IMG/VR virus record: IMGVR_UViG_3300009149_000012
Span: 32,001 to 96,000 of that record
Strand: one strand, 5' to 3'
Source of the DNA: a virus
DNA: 64,000 bases
How positions within the stretch are numbered: position 1 is the stretch's first letter; each line of letters opens with the position of its first letter. Shown here piece after piece: positions 56,562-64,000 of the stretch. Under the pieces are notes generated by a model. It did no database searches. It saw only the letters and a program-made list of their open reading frames with translations, and had not been told where the DNA came from. The translations under genes and the position numbers were made by a program.

Positions 56562-56888
56562 CTAGCGAGGGGCCAACAGACGATGGACCCAGTCGTGCCA
56601 TTCATCCAACAAAAGGCGCTCAACGTAGGCACCAAGCGGCTTGGTACGCTTATCCTGAACAGCTACCGAAAGCAGCCCGCCCGTGGCTGAAGCCTCAACG
56701 ATTGCCTCGAAGATCATGGCCGGCATGACCACCGGAACCTTTAGTTCCAAGGACACGCTGATCTCGAAAACCTCGACTTTCGAAAAGTCGTCCTCACGAG
56801 TTTTGAGGTGTTTCATCCGAAGGAACGTCACCACCGTCTCGATGCGGTCCTTGATCTTCGTGCTGGCCGTTCGATCGTAGCTGTACAT
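56562..56888 (-). CDS. hypothetical protein
   Basis: MYSYDRTAS start; 108 aa. Confidence 0.6.
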   Translation of the reverse strand: MYSYDRTASTKIKDRIETVVTFLRMKHLKTREDDFSKVEVFEISVSLELKVPVVMPAMIFEAIVEASATGGLLSVAVQDKRTKPLGAYVERLLLDEWHDWVHRLLAPR

Positions 56889-56912
56889 GGTGACTTTGAT
56901 TACACCAGTGCT

Positions 56913-57548
56913 TTAACAACACTCATCGCCGCCCCGCCCCGCCCACTGCGGGAGCTTCACCTCTCGCAAGATGTTGAACTTCTTTCCAGCAATTGCCGAA
57001 AAGATTTCGAGGTAGGGTTGTAGGGATTCGTTGGTGGGGGCCTTCTCACGAAGGGCAGCGACGGCACGGAAGAAACGATGGCGCACGCGACCTTGGGTCA
57101 GGCCAAGGGCTTCGGCGACTTCGCTCTGACACGTCGTTTCCCACATGCCGACCAGGATGTTGACGTCGATGCTGTCTTTGAAGAGTGTTGGAAGATCTCG
57201 GCGAAGTTCTTCCTCGGAGACGGAGGGGATGCTCAAGAGGAACTTGATCCGTTTGATCCCCCGGTCGAGACGGTAACTGACGGCTGCCTGCGTGATGCCA
57301 AAGATGATGGCGATGTCGGCCTGCCGCTTGTGGGAAATGAAGTACAGTTCGATGAGATCCGCTTCACGGGCTGGGATCCGGGGTAGGAGCGGGGCGACCT
57401 GTTCCTCGAAGGTTGGAACGTCGTCCGTTAGCTGTTCTGGCAGCGACTCCCCGTCCCACTCCTCGAAGAATTGGAGCAGTGTGTCGGGAGCAGCGAAGCG
57501 TGTTGCGATTTGTGCGGGGTCGAGAGGGATCACATAGCCACTGCTCAC
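56913..57548 (-). CDS. tandem sigma70 region-4-like HTH protein
   Basis: IPAREADLIELYF...QADIAIIFGITQAAVSYRLDRG and QSEVAEALGLTQGRVRHRFFRA. Confidence 0.75.
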   Translation of the reverse strand: MSSGYVIPLDPAQIATRFAAPDTLLQFFEEWDGESLPEQLTDDVPTFEEQVAPLLPRIPAREADLIELYFISHKRQADIAIIFGITQAAVSYRLDRGIKRIKFLLSIPSVSEEELRRDLPTLFKDSIDVNILVGMWETTCQSEVAEALGLTQGRVRHRFFRAVAALREKAPTNESLQPYLEIFSAIAGKKFNILREVKLPQWAGRGGDECC

Positions 57549-57557
57549 GAGGGCCTC

Positions 57558-59342
57558 CTACTTGGCCCGGTTTCCACTCTTGAGGAACCCGGCAGACGGT
57601 CGAAAGAACGTTTCGAGAAAATCTTCGGGGTTCACATCTACATCTTGGAGGTGCTGCGTAGCAGCGGCCTCATCTTCACTCGGATCGACGGTCTCGAACG
57701 GAATGTCTGTCCGAATGGACATGAGATCTGCATTCAGCTTGACCCTGATCTCGGCATCACGCAATCGTTGGTACTGAGATTTGGTCACCCCGGCGAGTCC
57801 AGAAGCGAAGATTCCGTCGACAGTATCATGAGAACGTACCAGTGATGCAAGAATTTTCTTAGGAACACGGCCCACTCCGGGGAGATTGTCCGACGTATCC
57901 CCCGCAAGTGCCCGAAGAGAAACCATTTTCTCTGGGGGAACGTTGTACTCGAATTCGACCAAGTCAGGATCGAATAGGATCTCTTTTCGACCACCGACGG
58001 ACGGGACGAGAAGCACATCCGTGCGCGTCACAAGTTGAAGGAAGTCTCGGTCCGTCGAGATGATCACGTTCCGGTCGCCCTTGAGAGGGCCTCGAACCAA
58101 CGTTCCGATGACGTCGTCGGCCTCTTCCTCAGGGTGAAACGCCTGTGCAATGCCCAGGTTGGGGAGCAAGTTGTCTCGCAGGTAGGTAATCTGATCGAAA
58201 AGCGGCACCCCATGGGGCTTTCGATTGGCCTTGTACTCGGGATTCAAAGCCTTTCGCCGTTGACTCGACCCATCCCAGCACACGAAGAACATCGCGTCGT
58301 GATAGCGCTTGCGCAGTGCGCCAAGGCTTCGCAAAAACGCGTAGATCACACCGGTCGGCCGACCTTTTGAATCCGCTAGATCTTGCATGCCCGGTGCGTA
58401 CAACGCACGGAACGCCATGTTATGCCCGTCTACGATGATGTTGCTGATCATGTCGTCACCCTCGAATTCCTGACACCGTTGGTTTACACCGTCGATCCAG
58501 GACCACTTTCGGAAAGCGTCTCGAAGCGGAACCAAATCGAGACTGGGGATGGGCTTGTTCAAGATTTGAGTTTGTTCAAGCCACTGAGTCAGCATATGCC
58601 AGCGCTGTAGAAGGGCTGCCGCCTGAGACATGTCGAGCATGTCGACATCCTCTGCGATCTTCGAAGGCTGAAGCTGTTGGTAGAAGGACAATACCCGGGA
58701 GTATTCTTGAAAACCGTCCCGGATGGGCACGATCTGACCCGCCCACCCGGCTACGACCTGAGCCTCTTGTGCCCAAGCCTTCAACTCCTGCACTCGTTTC
58801 AAAAACGTCATAGGGCGAGCTTTACGAACCAGTTGCAAGAACGAACGGGGAAGGGTGAGCAGTGACTGCTTGGACCGAAGCTGCACGAAGACCTGGACGG
58901 ACTGTTTCTCTGGGATTTCCTCGACCACCGTCGCCTGAATGTTTCGGTAGGGGCCCGAAAGAATCAGAACTGTGTCGTCGACGCCGATCCCTTGATCTAC
59001 CTCAGCATTGGCCTGTTTTTTGAACTTGTTGATCTCCCGATCCGATATGGTCGCCAGGCAACGACACCGCCCCGTGCCTTGGGTTAAGATCGCCGCAACG
59101 TAACGATTCGAATTGGGGAGACGAAGGTAGTCGGAGTCGGGGCGCGTTCGCTGAGCAAACGCGTAGCCATCCACCAAGTAGTGCACCATGCGGTCGTCGC
59201 CGATCTGCGTGACGACGGCTGGGATGTACACCTCGGTGCCTCTCAACGCCTTGGAGATTGACCGTTGGAGAATCTCTGGATCCTCCCCATCACTTTTTGA
59301 GTTGAGGGCCAGCACGACCCAATCAGTCGTCATCAAGGCCAC
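57558..59342 (-). CDS. NusG-like (NGN + KOW) domain fused to a PolI-type 5'-3' exonuclease
   Basis: WVVL...EVYIP...GYAF...DTVLILSGPYRNIQATV; then IVDGHN..FR, YKANR, EADDVI, STDRDFLQL, LAGDTSDNLPGV. Confidence 0.85.
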   Translation of the reverse strand: MALMTTDWVVLALNSKSDGEDPEILQRSISKALRGTEVYIPAVVTQIGDDRMVHYLVDGYAFAQRTRPDSDYLRLPNSNRYVAAILTQGTGRCRCLATISDREINKFKKQANAEVDQGIGVDDTVLILSGPYRNIQATVVEEIPEKQSVQVFVQLRSKQSLLTLPRSFLQLVRKARPMTFLKRVQELKAWAQEAQVVAGWAGQIVPIRDGFQEYSRVLSFYQQLQPSKIAEDVDMLDMSQAAALLQRWHMLTQWLEQTQILNKPIPSLDLVPLRDAFRKWSWIDGVNQRCQEFEGDDMISNIIVDGHNMAFRALYAPGMQDLADSKGRPTGVIYAFLRSLGALRKRYHDAMFFVCWDGSSQRRKALNPEYKANRKPHGVPLFDQITYLRDNLLPNLGIAQAFHPEEEADDVIGTLVRGPLKGDRNVIISTDRDFLQLVTRTDVLLVPSVGGRKEILFDPDLVEFEYNVPPEKMVSLRALAGDTSDNLPGVGRVPKKILASLVRSHDTVDGIFASGLAGVTKSQYQRLRDAEIRVKLNADLMSIRTDIPFETVDPSEDEAAATQHLQDVDVNPEDFLETFFRPSAGFLKSGNRAK

Positions 59343-60682
59343 GTCCGATCAAAGAGGGCCGTCCACTCGGCTGGCGACATGGTGGTGTTGAAGCCAACCG
59401 AGTCAAAGCGGGGTGGTGCGATAGCCTTCGCAGGCCGTGAGCCCCGGGGATGGTCCGCTGGAATCCCGTACGTGTCGACTTCCGTATGTGCGTACGGGTC
59501 GTCGCCCAGATTCCCAATGGTCTGGGGAAGCTTGGGTGCCGGTGTCGGGGTTGGTGCAGGGGTGGGCTGTGGTGCCACCTCGGAAGCCGCTTGTGGGGCA
59601 ACCGGTTGGGGAGCGGCAGGGACCATGAGCGGCGCGCTGAGAACCGGCTGCGCTACCGGAGCGGTCACAACCAAGATCGCCTCACACACGAGCGACGTTC
59701 GGGTAACAGATCGCAAGTTGGCGAACCTCGAAGCCAACCTGATCACTGAATCGCCGTACTTCTTGTGAACCTCTTCCGCCAAGGTTTTGTCCAGGGCAGA
59801 ATGGTCGACGAACATGTTGTTCGCCCACCGATACGAGTTCATGGCGGCTTCAGCGATTCCAGCGGCGACGTCACCGGGTTGCACCTGTTCACAAGCTGAC
59901 TCGATGAATGCCGCTGCTTGAGCCGGCGTGTCGAGCTTGAGCAAGATCTCGAAGTAAGTCTTGGTGAGGGACAGGCGCAGATAGCCCCGAACCGATTCGA
60001 GGGTGACGGGGCCCATCTGGGAGATCATCTCCAAACGGTTCATGACGTCCCGGACGTGACCCTGACAGTAGTCGATGACCGTGAGCACACCCTCATCCTC
60101 AAACTCGACGCCTTCAGCCTTGAGGATGAAAGCCATCCGCTCGAAGATGTCTTCCGGTGTGATGCGCCGAATCGAATGTTCTTCACAGCGAGAACGGATC
60201 GTCCCCCGGATCTTCTCGGGCTCGGTCGTGCAAAAGATGCCCACCATTCGCTTGTCTTCGATGGGCTTGAGCAAGACATCCTGCGAATCCCGACTCATTC
60301 GGTGCATTTCGTCGAACAGGAAGATCCGTTTGATGGCGTCAAGTACCGCAAAGGGCAGGTTGTCCACGATCGCCCGGATGTGCTCGATCGTTCCTTTGCT
60401 CGCTGCATCCAACTCGCTGAACGCCTGGCTGTTTTCCTCCAGGATGCTTATGCAGTTGTCGCATTCGTTGCAGGGCTCCTGATCCTCCGTCAAAGCCTGG
60501 CAGAGCAGTGCTCTCGCCAGAATTCGGCTAAGAGTTGTCTTGCCCTGTCCATGCCCCCCGCTGAAGATGTAGCTCGTGTTCAGGGCAGAACCGGACTTAA
60601 GGCGCGCTTTGAGGATTTGGATCGCACCTTCCTGCCCCAACACATCCGAGAACCTCAGCGGTCGGTACTTGACGTCCCACAT
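59333..60682 (-). CDS. dnaX: DNA polymerase III gamma/tau-like clamp loader subunit
   Basis: KYRP..FSDVLGQ, G..GQGKTT, C..PCNECDNC, ELDAAS, DEMH, TIRSRC, G.VRD. Confidence 0.92.
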   Translation of the reverse strand: MWDVKYRPLRFSDVLGQEGAIQILKARLKSGSALNTSYIFSGGHGQGKTTLSRILARALLCQALTEDQEPCNECDNCISILEENSQAFSELDAASKGTIEHIRAIVDNLPFAVLDAIKRIFLFDEMHRMSRDSQDVLLKPIEDKRMVGIFCTTEPEKIRGTIRSRCEEHSIRRITPEDIFERMAFILKAEGVEFEDEGVLTVIDYCQGHVRDVMNRLEMISQMGPVTLESVRGYLRLSLTKTYFEILLKLDTPAQAAAFIESACEQVQPGDVAAGIAEAAMNSYRWANNMFVDHSALDKTLAEEVHKKYGDSVIRLASRFANLRSVTRTSLVCEAILVVTAPVAQPVLSAPLMVPAAPQPVAPQAASEVAPQPTPAPTPTPAPKLPQTIGNLGDDPYAHTEVDTYGIPADHPRGSRPAKAIAPPRFDSVGFNTTMSPAEWTALFDRTWP

Positions 60683-60694
60683 GGGATAGACCCC

Positions 60695-61192
60695 CTAGCC
60701 GTGAGATTCCTGGCGTTCTTGCGTTGCCTCCGTTTGCTCGGGCTCGTCGAAATCGGCGATGTCGATCTGGGAGGCGATTTCGGTGAAGCCCTGCAAGTCC
60801 TCGTTCCATGCGCCGTGCCGACGAAGAATGGACGAGAATTCCTGCACGTCGTGGCTGCGCATGGACCACTTCATGGTGGCGCCCGGATCTTCCGGATCTT
60901 CCTCGCCGAAGCAATGCTCCAACTCGTGGTCGACAAGCGCCGTCCGTTGCTCGGCCGTCATGGGGTTCCACTGGTCCAGCGCGACCATGACCACGAAGTC
61001 CAGGTCCAACAGGAACTGGTTGACGCCCGTGATCTTTGTTGCGCTGGCTGCCGTGATCTTGCCGCCCTTCGTCGACGCCTTGTCAACGAACACGTACCGG
61101 ATCCTTGCCGTTGCCAGGTGGGGGTGATGGGTTGGGATGAGCACGTTCGCCAATGCCTCAACCGCTTCTGCATTCTCGTAAGTCTTAGCCAT
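60695..61192 (-). CDS. putative phage metallopeptidase
   Basis: ALVDHELEHC...HDVQEF..I.RRHG. Confidence 0.8.
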   Translation of the reverse strand: MAKTYENAEAVEALANVLIPTHHPHLATARIRYVFVDKASTKGGKITAASATKITGVNQFLLDLDFVVMVALDQWNPMTAEQRTALVDHELEHCFGEEDPEDPGATMKWSMRSHDVQEFSSILRRHGAWNEDLQGFTEIASQIDIADFDEPEQTEATQERQESHG

Positions 61193-61874
61193 CTGTCATT
61201 TTCTCCTGAAGAAACGCCTGAAGCTTGTCATCTCCCCAGGCGAGCCACAAATCAGCGGGATCCTTCGCCAGCTTCCCATCTACAAGGAACGCCTCAGGAT
61301 ACCGCAAGCTCTCGATATGGAAAAGGTCTCCATGTGCACTTTTCGCCTCATCGAAACCTTTCCTCCCAGCACTGTCCCTGTCGTACAAGAACCACGCCTT
61401 GCCCACGAGTCGGTGAAGCAAGCGAGCGAATGAATTGGTCAAAGTCGCCGTCTGCGTCGCAACCGTGGCGGGTTCAGCACGTTGGCATGGAAACAAGTCA
61501 AAGGCACCCTCAACGAGCAAGACCTTCTCGCTCTCCCAGATATGAGGGGCGGCTTGTCCAAGCCCAAAGAAGGTGGGTTCCGGGAAGTCGGGGGCATGCC
61601 ACGTCATGTAGCCCTTGATCTTCTCGTGAATACTCCGGAATTGGATCCCCGTGAGGTTTCCGAGAATGTTGGTCAGGGGTAGGACGTGGGACTGCTTGAT
61701 GTCGTACCGGCGAATGAAACGACCAAGGGACGGCGGGGTATTGTCGGGAGCCCCTTCCATGTACCCAAGTCGAAATAGCTCGATTTGGTCATCCGACACC
61801 CCTCGACTCCAAAGGGCATCGAGTGCTTCCGACGTCAGGGCGTCATGCGCGCAATCGACAAACGAGTCCAACAT
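61185..61874 (-). CDS. DnaG-like primase core (Toprim), no zinc-binding domain in this ORF
   Basis: LWSRGVS...F.LGY, G.QFR, VLLVEGAFD, YDRDSAG.KG, KDPADL. Confidence 0.8.
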   Translation of the reverse strand: MLDSFVDCAHDALTSEALDALWSRGVSDDQIELFRLGYMEGAPDNTPPSLGRFIRRYDIKQSHVLPLTNILGNLTGIQFRSIHEKIKGYMTWHAPDFPEPTFFGLGQAAPHIWESEKVLLVEGAFDLFPCQRAEPATVATQTATLTNSFARLLHRLVGKAWFLYDRDSAGRKGFDEAKSAHGDLFHIESLRYPEAFLVDGKLAKDPADLWLAWGDDKLQAFLQEKMTDG

Positions 61875-61885
61875 GTCCCCATGTC

Positions 61886-62404
61886 CTACACCTTGTCGCC
61901 GGACGAAAGCAATTTTCCGATGTCCACAGGGTCTTTTTTCGCTCGGCCCGTGACCCAGTGCCAGATTCGGCGCCACCACGGTACCTGAAGCTCGATTTGC
62001 CCGATGACCCACAGAAGGTTGTAGGCATGAGGCATGTGCTCCTGCACCCACTCGATCGACGTGATGTCCTGCTTGAACTGCGAGACAATCTGTTCCTGTG
62101 AGACAATCGGCGTGAAATATGGGCAACGCTCTGCGTCAATCTGATCCTCGCAGATGGTGCCACCCCACACTTCTGGATCTTCGGAGCCGTAGAGGCATAG
62201 CCCAATCGTCTTGGTGGTGCCCTCAATCCGGTTATACATGGGGTTCGAACCACCATCGACCCCCTGCTTTTGGACGTCGAGGGGTTGGCGATGGTTGTAT
62301 TTGCAGCGCTCCGGGAAACGGGCAGCCGCATCCTGGAAGCGACGGTTCAACTCCTCTTGGAACACTTCCCTGATTCGGTCCCGAACTTCATTCTCGCTTC
62401 GCAT
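61886..62404 (-). CDS. Cys-containing hypothetical protein
   Basis: RCKYNH...GLCLY...ICED...CPYF. Confidence 0.6.
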   Translation of the reverse strand: MRSENEVRDRIREVFQEELNRRFQDAAARFPERCKYNHRQPLDVQKQGVDGGSNPMYNRIEGTTKTIGLCLYGSEDPEVWGGTICEDQIDAERCPYFTPIVSQEQIVSQFKQDITSIEWVQEHMPHAYNLLWVIGQIELQVPWWRRIWHWVTGRAKKDPVDIGKLLSSGDKV

Positions 62405-63089
62405 CTGACCCCCTTGCCAGCCGAATGGAGAGGTGTCTGGCGCCGTCCTCGACCACCTGAGAGCAATGGTAGGCTCTCTTGGCATAGGTGGCGTAGGAGC
62501 GTTGCTGCGTCACGAGAAGCACATCCAAAGCGCTGCGGTCGGCTAGCTTTCGCAAAAACTCAGCGGCGCCCTCGATATATTCCGGGGAGATGGCACCAAG
62601 CGTCTCGTCAAGAAACAGCATTGGAGCCCGACGAAGCCGTAGCAAAGTGAGGATTCGAAGAATCAGGGAGGCCACGCTTGAGGGACCACCCCCGAACGCT
62701 TCCAAGGGGTTGTCTCGGATCTCGACCCGATCCCCCTGTTGAACGACGAAAAACTCGATCGAAACCTTGTTGTACTTCGTCGAGACTTCTGCCTCGAAGC
62801 GTAGGTTCTGATCTGGGAAGATTGCCTGAAGCCCCTCAGTGACGATCGACTCGATGCTGCGCATGTGATCGACCACCAACTGATCCATGAGCGCACGGAA
62901 AAGCTCACCGACCTTGAGGAGGCGTGTCTGACGCTCTTCAAGGTCCGTGATCTCCTGCCTTTTGGCACCTAATTCCGTCGCTACGTGATCCCGAAGCGTG
63001 ATGAGACGAGTCCGGTTGGCTGACAAACGCTCGACACGCCCGGATAGATCACTCAGAGGTAGGACGGCATGTACCGAGTCAGCACACAC
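62388..63089 (-). CDS. Rad50/SbcC-like ABC ATPase C-terminal half (start uncertain)
   Basis: Coiled coil followed by signature-like FGGG, Walker B LFLDE, LLVTQ; no Walker A. Confidence 0.75.
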   Translation of the reverse strand: MCADSVHAVLPLSDLSGRVERLSANRTRLITLRDHVATELGAKRQEITDLEERQTRLLKVGELFRALMDQLVVDHMRSIESIVTEGLQAIFPDQNLRFEAEVSTKYNKVSIEFFVVQQGDRVEIRDNPLEAFGGGPSSVASLILRILTLLRLRRAPMLFLDETLGAISPEYIEGAAEFLRKLADRSALDVLLVTQQRSYATYAKRAYHCSQVVEDGARHLSIRLARGSDAKRE

Positions 63090-64000
63090 TTGTGTACACC
63101 GTCCTTCGTGCTGTCGGCTTCGACCTTGCCTGCGTCGTCCAAGAGGTACTCATCGATGGTCCGGAACAGGGCGGTCTCGCGCCCATCCTTCGTCACCAAA
63201 TACACCCGAAGCTCAACTTGGTGGCTGCGCATGCTGTCGACGAGCTTCATGAAGTGCTCGAAATGCACATTTGCAGCGAAACCACCCACATGACCCCCGC
63301 CTTCGCCGACGTCGGTGTTGTGGTGAGTCAGTTCAACCGGAAGGTGGCTGGTACCCTTGCTGGAGCTTGCCGCCGCATGGAACACGAGCGTCGATTTATC
63401 GAGATCGAACGTCACACGCATCTTGGTGGACTTGCCCAGGTACGGACGAACCAGGTTTAGACAGCCGAGAAGCGCTGCCCGGTCGACCATCAAAACGTAC
63501 TGGTCGTACTTGCGGTGATAGTAGGTGAACTTCGGGAAAACCTCTGCCAGATGCGTCCAGCCAAGGAAGGCGCCCGTCTCGTCCTCCAAGAACGAATAGC
63601 CCTTCCCGATCCGGAGCTTGACAGTCTTGCCGCACTTACCGAGGAACGAGATGATGCTGGGCAAGTGCTCCGAAAACAGAGCCATGTGCTTGCCCTTGAA
63701 GATATCCGTCTTGAAGTAGAAGCTGCGGGTGCCGTCCGACGTCTGAAGGAAGCCGTCGCCCTTGGCGAAATCCTTCACGTTCTTGTCGAACATCTGAGCC
63801 GTGTTCCAGGTCGACACCTCACCCGTGTACTTGGCAAGGTACGGACGCGACCCCGACAGCGCCTCGACCAGGATGGCCGTGGGGAACTCCTGCACATCGG
63901 TCGCCGCAGCGTAGTCCTTGTCCCGGGTTGAGACCATCCGAGGATCGATCGTGGATGTCTCGGCGCTGCCATGGTCGCTGCTATGGGAGACCGTGTGGCC
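63053..64000 (-). CDS. beta sliding clamp-like protein, partial (frame open to the right edge)
   Basis: TSDGTR, FPKF...VDRAALL..LN.V, ANVHFEHFMKLV..M patterns of DnaN-like domains; near dnaX. Confidence 0.55.
   Translation of the reverse strand, partial: GHTVSHSSDHGSAETSTIDPRMVSTRDKDYAAATDVQEFPTAILVEALSGSRPYLAKYTGEVSTWNTAQMFDKNVKDFAKGDGFLQTSDGTRSFYFKTDIFKGKHMALFSEHLPSIISFLGKCGKTVKLRIGKGYSFLEDETGAFLGWTHLAEVFPKFTYYHRKYDQYVLMVDRAALLGCLNLVRPYLGKSTKMRVTFDLDKSTLVFHAAASSSKGTSHLPVELTHHNTDVGEGGGHVGGFAANVHFEHFMKLVDSMRSHQVELRVYLVTKDGRETALFRTIDEYLLDDAGKVEADSTKDGVHKCVLTRYMPSYL

Noticed and set aside
59333-60682. dnaX gamma/tau programmed frameshift
   Set aside because: No A-AAA-AAG or poly-A slippery site seen, and the ORF is already short
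1-64000. tRNA/rRNA genes, integrase, tail sheath, tape measure
   Set aside because: None recognised; intergenic gaps are short and show no cloverleaf, so lifestyle and tail type cannot be called from this window

Overview
64 kb segment of a large, GC-rich (about 60% by eye) tailed dsDNA phage, probably a jumbo phage, with almost all genes on the minus strand. Reading right to left: (i) a bacterial-style replication/transcription block (beta-clamp-like protein, Rad50/SbcC C-terminal half, Toprim primase, metallopeptidase, DnaX, a NusG-like/5'-3' exonuclease fusion, a tandem sigma4-HTH protein); (ii) head morphogenesis (putative TerS, intein-containing TerL, portal, internal head proteins, intein-containing prohead protease, scaffold, decoration protein, major capsid protein); (iii) an accessory island at about 25.7-33 kb with a LAGLIDADG endonuclease, a vWA protein and a compact TnpB/Cas12-like RuvC nuclease flanked on both sides by 36-nt CRISPR-like repeats, with no cas1/cas2 or tnpA in the window; (iv) tail-fibre and other structural genes with an embedded patatin phospholipase and an EndoVII-type endonuclease; (v) a putative head-tail adaptor gene broken into two ORFs by an atypically split intein with a free-standing TnsA-like endonuclease between them. 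The most notable candidates are the phage mini type-V CRISPR-like locus, where one 'spacer' matches a phage promoter and terminal repeats abut ribosome-binding sites, and the split-intein fractured structural gene. All assignments come from motif reading; no database searches were run.
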